Shown: positions 43,704 to 52,937 of the stretch, piece after piece
Layout: the number at the start of each line of letters is the position of its first letter
How positions within the stretch are numbered: position 1 is the first letter of the stretch
NCBI GenBank assembly: GCA_963740315.1
Contig: CAVUDP010000001.1
Location: forward strand, 448,001-512,000
Direction of reading: 5' to 3'
DNA length: 64,000 nucleotides
DNA from: an uncultured cyanobacterium
GTDB taxonomy: Bacteria; Cyanobacteriota; Cyanobacteriia; Cyanobacteriales; Nostocaceae
Translations under genes and position numbers: made by a program
The notes under the pieces: generated by a model
Seen by the model: the letters and a program-made list of their open reading frames with translations, nothing else
Told to the model about the DNA's origin: nothing
Databases searched by the model: none

Positions 43704-44365
43704 GTGAGGGGCTATAGCACTATGAACAAATTTATGCATCAAAACAAAAGATATATTCTCCCTTTGATGTTATCAGCAATGGTAATTGGCGCAAGCAGTT
43801 GCAGTTCCAATCCAAGCCTTGACAGCGTAGAAAAAGCACCATCCAACGAATCCCCAGTTGCTAGCAGTCCATCATTTACCGCCCCTAGCAGCGAAATCCC
43901 AACCCCAATCCTCAAATTACAACTCCACCATCATCCGCGACTGCACCCCCTACGTCACTTGGAGCAAGAACACCCGAACCATCCGAAACCCCCAATCAAA
44001 ACAAAACAGGGAATTTAAAAAATACAGATGTCACCTTATACATGAGCGACTCGCAATGTCAAAAATTAGTACCTGAAAAAGTATCCGTATCAGGAAATGA
44101 ACCAGTAGAAGATGCTGTAGGTAAAATACTTAAATCGAAAAACACTGCTGACATAAACATTTCCAACTATCGAGTTAACGTCAACAACGGAGTTGCGACA
44201 GTAGACTTCCGCATCCCTCCCGATTCTCCCAGACAATTAGTCTCCCTTTCAAGTTGCGAACAATTCACCTTATTCAAAAGCATTCAAAAAACTTTAACTA
44301 GCAACCCCAAATGGAACATCAAAGACGTTCGTTTTACCCAATCTGGGGAAGAAATTTATTTGTAA
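43704..44365 (+). pseudogene. GerMN-domain lipoprotein with a single frameshift near 43890-43915
   Basis: Lipobox GASSC in one frame; Pro/Thr linker plus VTLYMSDSQC...ATVDFR...SLSSCEQ...IQKTLT in another. Adding one A (cca aat) joins them as EIPTPNPQITT. Confidence 0.78.
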
Positions 44366-44441
44366 GTAGTTAGTAGTTAGTAGTTAATTATTCAAAAGTC
44401 CGGTTTTTTATTAAACTCGGGCTTTTTATTTTGGTAATATT

Positions 44442-44643
44442 GTAGGGTGTATGACGCTTTTAGCAACATAGTGATTAATTACAATGCTTATAGCGTCACG
44501 CACCATCATTTTTTTAATTATTAAGACCGTATCAAGGAATTTTAAATCAAAGAAAATAAGCCGTATAGCATTAATATAATCGGTACGTTAGACGGATTTA
44601 AATTATTTGTAAAATCAGTATATAGTCGTGCGTCTAACACAAC
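44442..44643. repeat. REPIN-like element of the same family as 41709-41896, right end degenerate
   Basis: gtagggtgtatgacgct...agcgtcacgcaccat ... ggtacgttagac...gtcgtgcgtctaacaca. Confidence 0.8.
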
Positions 44644-44708
44644 GGCAATAAAGCGGGAGGAATATCCACACCACTTTTTGCCTCCCCTACAAGAATTATC
44701 TTTAACTC

Positions 44709-44969
44709 CTAACTCCTTTGGGAAATCCACTTTTCCAACAATTCAGTCATAATATCGCTCATTTGACGATCGTCAGCAGCAGCAGCTAACTTCAAACTTC
44801 GATGCAGTTTCTTTGGTAAATAAACAGTAGTACGAACATAATTTGGGTCGGTACTTTTGCTTTTAAAAGTAACTTTTTCCTCATCTAACTCAATAGACTT
44901 ATCCCTATTTTGACGAGAACGAGCAGCATCAATTAATTCGTCAAAACGGCTAGTTTCCTTCTTACTCAA
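44709..44969 (-). CDS. Ribbon-helix-helix partner of ParA (ParG/CopG-like)
   Basis: Flexible N-terminus then KSTDPNYVRTTVYLPKKLHRSLK...MSDIMTELLEKW; start overlaps the parA stop. Confidence 0.8.
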   Translation of the reverse strand: MSKKETSRFDELIDAARSRQNRDKSIELDEEKVTFKSKSTDPNYVRTTVYLPKKLHRSLKLAAAADDRQMSDIMTELLEKWISQRS

Positions 44970-45556
44970 GATAAAATCTCCTTGCCAACTTCAGCATAAC
45001 ATCGCCATGCAACTTGCGCTTTCACGTCATTTACAGCATTAACTGGTACTCCTTCTAAAGCTGCTCTTTGAAACACCGTAAGTCGTTTGATTCCTGTTTT
45101 AAAAATAGGTAGTTTAGCATTTTTTAAAGCTAATTTAGCATCATTTCCCGATTTATTTGGACTTGGAGGAATAATAGTCAGCAAAATTCGATAATTAGCC
45201 TTTAATTTATTAAGTAATCCAACCATTTGCATCGTAGCAGCTAATGCAATAGCATCCGGAGTTGTCGGTATAATTACCAAGTCACATCCGTAAGCAATGC
45301 TTTTTAACTCCTTAAAACTAGGTTTCGTAGGAGTATCAATTACTATATGTTCGTACAAAGCAGCCAAAGCAACCCCATCATCCTCCGAGGCGACTTTAAA
45401 CGGCAAACTACCCCTATTAGACCAGTCTAAGGCGCTACGGTTAAGATCCCCGTCTATCAACAGCGTATCAGCATTTGTTTGTAAGTAAGTAGCAAGGTGT
45501 AATGCAGTTATAGACTTACCTACGCCTCCCTTGAAAGCCGCTACAGTAATTATCAT
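44966..45556 (-). CDS. parA: Short ParA/ParF-type ATPase (type Ib-like)
   Basis: Deviant Walker A FKGGVGKS, LIDGDLNRS, IVIDTP; 196 aa with no N-terminal HTH. Confidence 0.88.
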   Translation of the reverse strand: MIITVAAFKGGVGKSITALHLATYLQTNADTLLIDGDLNRSALDWSNRGSLPFKVASEDDGVALAALYEHIVIDTPTKPSFKELKSIAYGCDLVIIPTTPDAIALAATMQMVGLLNKLKANYRILLTIIPPSPNKSGNDAKLALKNAKLPIFKTGIKRLTVFQRAALEGVPVNAVNDVKAQVAWRCYAEVGKEILS

Positions 45557-45600
45557 TTTCTCAGCATAGAAACTTATACCGTAAAAATTTTACAGCAAAT

Positions 45601-45652
45601 ATCTAGACGTTGAGACATCTGAATGTTTAAATATTTGAACATTCAGGTGTTT
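45601..45652. promoter_or_regulatory. Period-8 degenerate iteron array upstream of parA (candidate centromere/operator)
   Basis: atctagac gttgagac atctgaat gtttaaat atttgaac attcaggt, about 45 nt upstream of the parA ATG. Confidence 0.55.
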
Positions 45653-46017
45653 CGTAATACAACTGAAAGAACACGAAATATAAGTAGTTAAAATGTATGT
45701 ACACAATTTATATGTAGATAAAAAATTGATGTGCGAAGCAAATTTAAAAAAATTTACCCCTTAAAACTCAATACATCATATTGAAATAAAGGGTGAAGCA
45801 TAAAAAAGAATAAGACTAAGAAGCAAAAATTCTTGTAAAGATGTAGCAAGAGTAGATAGACACCTAACCCTTGATGTTTTACAATCTGACTGATTGGAGT
45901 AAGTTTACTCATTGCACGATCGATCTTTATATGTTAGATAAAACTTTCTCTGTTATCTACTTGATAGCGGAAGTATCCTATATAGATAGGAACATATAAA
46001 AGTAAAAGGTAAAGAAT

Positions 46018-46140
46018 ATGGATGTAAAGCTAATTCTAGTAGCACTAACAATCGTGTTTAGCGTGTCATGCTTGATTTTTGGTACCAAAAATGGTTTTTA
46101 TGATTCGGAAAACTATCACGGCAATGGTTCCGCCCATTAA
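46018..46140 (+). CDS. ndhP: NDH-1 complex subunit NdhP (40 aa, below ORF-track cutoff)
   Basis: Manual translation MDVKLILVALTIVFSVSCLIFGTKNGFYDSENYHGNGSAH; single TM helix plus the NdhP tail FGTxNGFYD..YHGNGSAH. Confidence 0.92.
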   Translation: MDVKLILVALTIVFSVSCLIFGTKNGFYDSENYHGNGSAH

Positions 46141-46337
46141 AATATCAAAAAATATGCCCAGGTAGCCGAAAATCAACATTTTAAGGGTTTTTCCACTTAA
46201 TACTTCTTTAAATAGTAGATGGAGAGGAGTGCGATCGCCGGATTTTGCTGCTCGGATGCTTCCTCTCCTGTTTTTAGAATATAAATAAAACCCTTGTAGT
46301 TAAGAATTTGATTAAATCCACTTTGTGGGGGGAATAT

Positions 46338-47990
46338 ATGAGCGAAGGCTATTCAATAGCCTCTCTTGATGAAGGGGAAAGCCAAAGCGAATTAGAATGC
46401 TTTACTTATGGCGTTCATCAAGATGGTGAAGGTATGTGTCTATTGGTGCGAATGGGACCCTACCGCATCATGTTAGACTGCGGCTTAGCAGATATTTCGC
46501 CCTTAACCAAAGGGTTGAAAAAGTCGGCACGTCCTGATAGTACTCCTTTACCAGCAGACATTGTACTAGTAACTCACGCTCATCCAGATCATGCTCGCGG
46601 ATTGCTAGCCCTGCACGAAACATTTCCTCTTTTGCCAATTTACGGCAGTGAAGTTACCTGTAAACTGCTACCGTTAAATTGGTTAGACAAAAATAGTTTT
46701 GAAACGGACTCACTCTTCCAAGCACTTGAACTACGCACAGCTATAGAACTTAAAGAAAATCTAACAGTACAACTTTTTCCCTGCGGACATTTACCCGGCG
46801 CAGTAGCAATTTTACTTACCTACACAACAAACGATCGCTCTTATAAATTGCTTTATACGGGAGACTTTTTCTTATCCAACTCGCGGTTAGTAGAGGGTTT
46901 TCGCTTAGAAGAATTGCGCGGAATCGAATTAGATATCTTAATAGTAGAAGGTAGCTACGGTACCGCTCGTCATCCCCATCGCCGCAATCAAGAAAATCAG
47001 CTGGCAGAAAGAATAAATCGCGCCATTGCAGAAGGCTCTTCAGTATTAATGCCTAGCCCAGCATTAGGTTTAGGTCAAGAATTACTCATGCTTCTCCGCA
47101 GCCACCATCATTTCACTGGCAGAGATATAGATATTTGGGTTGATGGAAATGTTGCCGCCGGATGCGATGCTTATCTAGAACTACTGCCCCATCTTCCCCC
47201 ATCAGTACAGAACTTTGCTCGCCATCAACCGTTATTTTGGGATGAACGAGTGCGTCCCCGCGTGCGTCGCTTAGAAGATTCTCAACGAAGTAGCGTTGGC
47301 AATAGTCCCTGTATAATTCTTACTGACTCCACAACGGATTTAAATAAATATTGTCAAACGCAAACGGGTTCCTGGCTAATATTACAGTCAGAAAAAACTG
47401 AAATAATAGCAGAAAATTTTTCTCAACTGGGTACTATAGAAAACTATCTGCTCGCACAGCATAGCGATGGTCCGGGTACCACCCAATTAATTCACAATTT
47501 ACGACCCCAGCACGTTGTTTTCGTTCACGGTTCACCCGCCTATTTAGCAGATTTAACAGGATTGGAAGAACTGCAAAACCGCTATCACGTCCATTCTCCA
47601 CAGATTCAAACTTTAGTTCAACTTCCAATTGGCGACACATTCTTACAACCAGCCGCACCAGATACGAATTACGAAGGCGAACTTACTCAACTTGATACAG
47701 CAATCCTAATTACACTATCAGGCAACATTAATAAAGATCCCCGGTGGCAACAATTCGCCGACACCGGCTTAATTGAAGCACGTTGGCAGGGAGAAGAACT
47801 TGTATTACGCGGATTATCTCAAAGAGAATTGCTCCTACATAATGGCGATCGCAAGCAAGGATCGTTGTTAGATTGCTGCGGAACCTGCAAACATCAAAGG
47901 GGACAACGGTGTTGGAATCCCGCGTCCCCTCTGTATAACTTCAAAGTAACCTTAGAAGGTTACTGTCCAGCCTTTTCTCGTGAAGAATAA
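46338..47990 (+). CDS. Metallo-beta-lactamase / beta-CASP family nuclease-like protein with Cys-rich tail
   Basis: MLDCG, THAHPDH, GHLPGA, YTGDF, EGSYG, QHSD, VFVHG. ATG at 46338 follows GGGGGA; ORF track starts at TTG 46308. Confidence 0.87.
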   Translation: MSEGYSIASLDEGESQSELECFTYGVHQDGEGMCLLVRMGPYRIMLDCGLADISPLTKGLKKSARPDSTPLPADIVLVTHAHPDHARGLLALHETFPLLPIYGSEVTCKLLPLNWLDKNSFETDSLFQALELRTAIELKENLTVQLFPCGHLPGAVAILLTYTTNDRSYKLLYTGDFFLSNSRLVEGFRLEELRGIELDILIVEGSYGTARHPHRRNQENQLAERINRAIAEGSSVLMPSPALGLGQELLMLLRSHHHFTGRDIDIWVDGNVAAGCDAYLELLPHLPPSVQNFARHQPLFWDERVRPRVRRLEDSQRSSVGNSPCIILTDSTTDLNKYCQTQTGSWLILQSEKTEIIAENFSQLGTIENYLLAQHSDGPGTTQLIHNLRPQHVVFVHGSPAYLADLTGLEELQNRYHVHSPQIQTLVQLPIGDTFLQPAAPDTNYEGELTQLDTAILITLSGNINKDPRWQQFADTGLIEARWQGEELVLRGLSQRELLLHNGDRKQGSLLDCCGTCKHQRGQRCWNPASPLYNFKVTLEGYCPAFSREE

Positions 47991-48023
47991 AAAAAACAGC
48001 CTTTAGTAAGGACTAAAAACGCC

Positions 48024-48335
48024 TTATTCGGGATTGGAATCATTAGACGGATTATGAATACGCTCCTCTTCCGGACAATCTTCCGTTAACAAAGGCTCAA
48101 CATTACCTCGTGGAACTGAAGCAAGTTTTTGAGTTACAGCACCAATACTTTCGAGGCGAACCATTTCCTCCCAAGAACAAACTTCATCTTCTTCTTCGGT
48201 TTCATAGCGCAGGGTGACTAAATCTCCCTCAATGTCTATAATGCGGGCGCGTTCAATCCAGCGTTGCTGATCCCGCAAGAAAATACATATTTCCCGCGCA
48301 TCACAACATAGTTGATAAATCTTACGGTGTAGCAT
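48024..48335 (-). CDS. Conserved cyanobacterial protein (DUF6679-like)
   Basis: MLHRKIYQLCC..REICIFLRDQQRWIE...SWEEMVRLESIGAV. Confidence 0.72.
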   Translation of the reverse strand: MLHRKIYQLCCDAREICIFLRDQQRWIERARIIDIEGDLVTLRYETEEEDEVCSWEEMVRLESIGAVTQKLASVPRGNVEPLLTEDCPEEERIHNPSNDSNPE

Positions 48336-48872
48336 TCGCGTGCATAACCTTTTTCTCAACGTACTAAAATCTGTAAAAACTTGGGATTAACCCGACTGAG
48401 ATAACACCCATAAGTTAAGTATAGTGCGGCGATCGACCCAAACCGACATAATTGACTGATAAGTATTCAGTTTTATGTAAAATTTGGGTTTAATAAAATT
48501 ATATTGTTTACCGCACTACAAAAACTAAACTCCGAACTAATTAATTATTCAAGGAATATTTGCTTCATAGAAGTGAAATAACTTAGAACTCTTGCCGACC
48601 AGATAAAATATCGCTGGTAAATCATCTCTATCATTATGAATTAAATGATACTCCATCTTCAAGTGAATATCGCGATTGCTTAATTTACCTACTGATAATT
48701 ATAGGCATTACTGGGAGTGTGAGGTGCGGACTGCGATTAATCCACCTGTATGTTATCGATCTTAACTCAAACTCTTGCCAAGCTTCACCTTAAATTAAAC
48801 AATAATCTCAATATTTATTTATTTATTAACATTTTAGACCAATCGGACACACTTAGCATCATTTAACTATAA

Positions 48873-49085
48873 CTATATTTTTTGCCCTAGAAACCCAACA
48901 GAAATATTTGAAGATGCCTCACGCTTAACTTGACCCGCACGAACAGCGTCGCACAATCGGGTTAATGCAGCAACATCTTCCGCTCGATATATCCTGTTCG
49001 CTAGCATCTGATGCAGCAGACCTTCGGACTCAACGCTTAAATATCCAGTTTGAAAAGCAGATTCAACAAGTGCGCGAATCATCAT
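48873..49085 (-). CDS. Small conserved cyanobacterial hypothetical protein
   Basis: 70 aa, pattern IRxLVExAxxTGYLSVExE...G.VKRE, which I recall as a recurrent small cyanobacterial family. Confidence 0.72.
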   Translation of the reverse strand: MMIRALVESAFQTGYLSVESEGLLHQMLANRIYRAEDVAALTRLCDAVRAGQVKREASSNISVGFLGQKI

Positions 49086-49509
49086 TAGTTAAAACTTTGT
49101 TAGCATCTCATCACCTTTTATTTTGAAACAGTTACGCCCATTTTTAAACGATCGCATTCACAGGTTATGAGTGATTTAAATCACAGACAGCAACTAACAG
49201 CCTATTAGCATAACAAAATCTCAAACTTAGTTACTGCAATATAAATATTACAGCAATGATTTATATTTTGTCAAATAAATACTGAATTACGAGGTTAATA
49301 ATATTACTGATATAAATTAAGTACGATTCGTCTATATTATTTTTATACTGTAATTTATTTATGCACGTAGAAAAAATATTCTTCAGTGTCGGTAAGCGAT
49401 GATTGACTTGCTCTGCCGCATGATTGTCAAGTTCCACTTCCAAATTCCCTATTCCCTACTCCCTACTCCCTACCTAAACGGAATGTCTAATTAATGGAGG
49501 CACAAGTAC

Positions 49510-50313
49510 TTAAAGAAAAAATTGACGGAAATCCTCATCAGTATTGCTCAACCTTACAAAAGCCAGATTAAAAGAAGCGAACTTCAACGCTAAAGCTTCA
49601 CAAGCAGGGCGTTCGGTAGCGTAATGTCCGGCATCAACTAAAATAATTCCAGCATCGCGGCTTTCCTGAAATTGGTGAAACTTGCAATCAGAAGTTAAAT
49701 ATACCGTCGCACCAGTTTTAGTTACCTCACTGATAAAACTAGCCCCAGAACCTCCTAAAACTGCTACCTTATCAACAATCATCTCCAAATCCGCATTTGG
49801 GGAAAAAATTAAATTGGGTGGCTTGAGTGAAGATTGAATTTGTGTAAGTAACTCCCGCAAAGTTAAACTTCGGTGAAGAACACCAACACGCCCGTACCCC
49901 AAACCGAGCTGCGTATTTACGATGGGGGATACTGAGTGCAATTTTAAAATTTGCGCTAAAACATCCGCAGTACCATCATTTACTTGGTCAAAATTAGTGT
50001 GAGCGCTGTATATCCCAATATTATGGATAAACGCCAAACGTACCATTTCCCCAATGAAGTCACCAGTACGCAGCGACTTGATTTTATTAAAAATTAAAGG
50101 ATGATGAGCAAAAATTAAATTAACCGGATTACCTGCATTTTTCAAATCGATAGCTTCTTGCATAACCGCCAAAGTAGGCGTTAGACACACCAAAATTCCT
50201 GCATCTTCATTTAACACCCCCGGTTCCACCTGCCAACCACAATTATCCCATTTTTCTTGCCATGCCGGATTCGCCCATTCTTCAAACCAGGTAATTAAAT
50301 CGGTAATTTTCAT
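49510..50313 (-). CDS. Nif3-like / DUF34 dinuclear metal-centre protein
   Basis: WDNCGWQV, FAHHPLIF, YSAHTNFD, VAVLGGSG, DAGHYATE. Confidence 0.93.
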   Translation of the reverse strand: MKITDLITWFEEWANPAWQEKWDNCGWQVEPGVLNEDAGILVCLTPTLAVMQEAIDLKNAGNPVNLIFAHHPLIFNKIKSLRTGDFIGEMVRLAFIHNIGIYSAHTNFDQVNDGTADVLAQILKLHSVSPIVNTQLGLGYGRVGVLHRSLTLRELLTQIQSSLKPPNLIFSPNADLEMIVDKVAVLGGSGASFISEVTKTGATVYLTSDCKFHQFQESRDAGIILVDAGHYATERPACEALALKFASFNLAFVRLSNTDEDFRQFFL

Positions 50314-50470
50314 CTAATTAACTTTTAGGGATTGGTGATTTATTGTATAGGACTTAGGGAATAGAAGAAAATCGAACAAACACTATTTTAATTTTAGATT
50401 TTGGATTTTGGATTCTTAGATTTTAAATTATTAAAATTTCCCCGTTCCCTACTCCCTACTCCCTACTCCC

Positions 50471-51208
50471 CTACTTAGCAATATTTAACTTCAACGAAGC
50501 CTGTTCGCGAAGTTGGTAAAAAGGTTTATTCCATACCCCAACAGTATCCCATTCCCATGCGGCAACAGGTATACAGGAGCGATCGGCAAGATAAGTTAAC
50601 AAACGGCATTCATCTTCCGGCTCTCGCGAAAAACAGAAAGGGTTGCGATAACGCTTCTCAGAAATTTGGGGATATTTTTCATCATCTTCCTTGATACTTT
50701 GTAAAATTTCTTCACCTCTACAAAGTAAATCGTCCAAAAAATGAAGGCAGAAAGGTTCTAAACTTGCCCGACTTTTGGGTTTTTTATTTACCCACCTTGC
50801 CCAATCAAATCCATACATGAAATCATGGACGTATCGAAAGCGAATTTCTGATTCTCTACCGAACATATCCATCAGCAAAACTATTTTATTGCCGAAATCT
50901 TCTAATATATCTACAGCAGCATCAGATGATAAAGCTTGTTTGAGCATACTGCTAACTATAAAATCAAAATCCCAAAATATATTTTCTGGGAAATTATGCA
51001 GCAAGGCATCGAGTATTCTTTGTAAAGTATCCCCAAGCATTGCAATCAAGTAAACATCGGATGATTGTTGAATAATCTTAGCTTCCAAATCCGTGAAACT
51101 AGTTATTAAAGATTTATTTGGATTTAGAGACAAAGGTTTTGCAACTTGCTGCGTGAGTATTTTATCCAAAACTTGAAAAGAATTAGTCGGTGTAAAATTT
51201 GGCTTCAT
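50471..51208 (-). CDS. Hypothetical protein
   Basis: Long ORF with FPENIFWDFD and IRFRYVHDFMYGFDWARWV. ATG at 51208 preferred over TTG at 51250. Function not recognised. Confidence 0.7.
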   Translation of the reverse strand: MKPNFTPTNSFQVLDKILTQQVAKPLSLNPNKSLITSFTDLEAKIIQQSSDVYLIAMLGDTLQRILDALLHNFPENIFWDFDFIVSSMLKQALSSDAAVDILEDFGNKIVLLMDMFGRESEIRFRYVHDFMYGFDWARWVNKKPKSRASLEPFCLHFLDDLLCRGEEILQSIKEDDEKYPQISEKRYRNPFCFSREPEDECRLLTYLADRSCIPVAAWEWDTVGVWNKPFYQLREQASLKLNIAK

Positions 51209-51448
51209 ATAATAATAACCCGATCGGCAGCCAATCTTTAAAAGTAACAATTACATTTATATTTCACTTTAATTTAAAAAATCATCATCAATTCAAAAAA
51301 TATTAATAAACTTAATAAATAACTTGATTTTGCATCAAATCAAACATTTTAAAAATTAAAAAAAACGCCGAGATATCATGCTTAATGTATAAGATTGTAG
51401 GTTATATGACAATAAACTTGTATCAAAAATTAACCGGAAATCAGAAAA

Positions 51449-51862
51449 TTATCCGGAAATATGAACAACCAACTCTCGATTATGATTGCGCCCTCGATGT
51501 TCCCAAATATAAATTCCTTGCCAAGTTCCTAACACCAAGTGTCCTCGATTAATCGGAATATGTTCGGAAGTATGAGTAATAGCAGTACGGATATGAGCGG
51601 GCATATCATCAGCACCTTCATCATCATGTATATAGTTCGCTCCTTCGGGTACAAGCTTAGCCATAAAATTAGCCAAATCCGTTAACACGTTAGGATCGGC
51701 ATTTTCTTGAATTAATAAACTAGCTGAAGTATGACGTAGAAACAAAGTACAAAGTCCCGTTTCAACTCCCGAATCGGCAACGATCGCTTCAATTTTAGGA
51801 GTGATATTGTATAAAGACTTACCAACTGTAGAAACTCGGAGTAATTTTTGATAGTGAGACAT
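51449..51862 (-). CDS. yjbQ: YjbQ / UPF0047 family protein
   Basis: HTSASLLIQENADP, HDDEGADDMPAHIR, LGTWQGIYIWEHR. Confidence 0.92.
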   Translation of the reverse strand: MSHYQKLLRVSTVGKSLYNITPKIEAIVADSGVETGLCTLFLRHTSASLLIQENADPNVLTDLANFMAKLVPEGANYIHDDEGADDMPAHIRTAITHTSEHIPINRGHLVLGTWQGIYIWEHRGRNHNRELVVHISG

Positions 51863-52526
51863 TTAGGTTATGGATTTACTAGTACAGTGCTTTCTTGATA
51901 ATTTTAAATTGTCCTATGAAAATTAGCTAGATGTACGTAGAGATAGATTAAGAGAGTAAGATTACCTAGTGGAAATTGCTGTTGTTTAGTCTTATATCAG
52001 TAGTTAGACTAAGTAGCAACTGTAAGAGTTGTTTTGCACAGTTTTGGAATTTCCAAGGTCATTAGGGACATCTGTTTTCTCAATAATTTTAATAAAATAT
52101 TTCAGGGTGCGATCGGTTTCTTTATATAAAAAAATACAATAATATAATAAGCAATCCTTAGATATTACTTAATTAGATAAAATACTAGCTACAAAATAAT
52201 TTATCACAAATATTATTAAAATTTAAAAGCATAATTTTTTGTAATAGAAACGGATAAATTACCCATATAAAATATTTTTTTACTTAAATGAATTGTGTCT
52301 AAGCTGAATGCATAATTCTTAACAAGACTTAATGCATAGGATTCATAATTTAAAAATAAAGAACTATCAAAGTTTGAAAGTAACCTATAGAATTTGGTAC
52401 TTTTGCAATACGATGGTGGTTAAAAACTGGGAATGTTAAATATCAAGCGCCGCGATCGGTATCAGGTCTGCATGTTAAAGGTTAAAGGTCTGCATGTCAA
52501 AGGTGAAAATTTGTAACTCCTAACTT

Positions 52527-52665
52527 TTCCCCCCATCTCCCCCTCTCCCCATCTCCCCCTCTCCCCCTCTCCCCCTCTCCCCAAAGGTTACTGAGCAGTT
52601 CGACGTAGCTCACTGTAAGACTTGTCGAAGTACTCCCCATCTCCCCATCCCCCCATCCCTCTCCC
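52527..52665. repeat. Pyrimidine-rich STRR array (CCCCCTCT/CCCCATCT) interrupted by a small palindromic insert
   Basis: ccccatctccccctctcccc... flanking actgagcagttcgacgtagctcactgtaagacttgtcgaagt. Confidence 0.75.
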
Positions 52666-52937
52666 AAAAGACGGAAAACCAACCTTCCCCAGGTCGGGCT
52701 TTACGGCGCGGCATTGAGGACGAAATGATACTATTAGTTTAGATAAATATAAGTTCTTTGTTAAAACCAATTGTTTAGTAAGCTCACTTGCTCGTATTTC
52801 TACTGTTTTTGAGTTAATTCTCTTGGAATGCGTTTTTGTGGAGCTAAAAAAAAAGCTCATCAAAGGTAACAGTACTTATAATCATTGCCATCATCTATAA
52901 TTCTTTCTTCCAAGCGATCCGTTAATTTAAAGAAGCC

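Noticed and set aside
44709..45556. McdAB carboxysome positioning system
   Set aside because: The partner looks like an RHH DNA-binding protein with upstream iterons, not a coiled-coil McdB; no carboxysome genes nearby.
48711..48730. Yfr1 sRNA (ACTCCTCACAC motif)
   Set aside because: The minus strand reads GCACCTCACAC, not an exact match, and I could not see the two flanking stem-loops.
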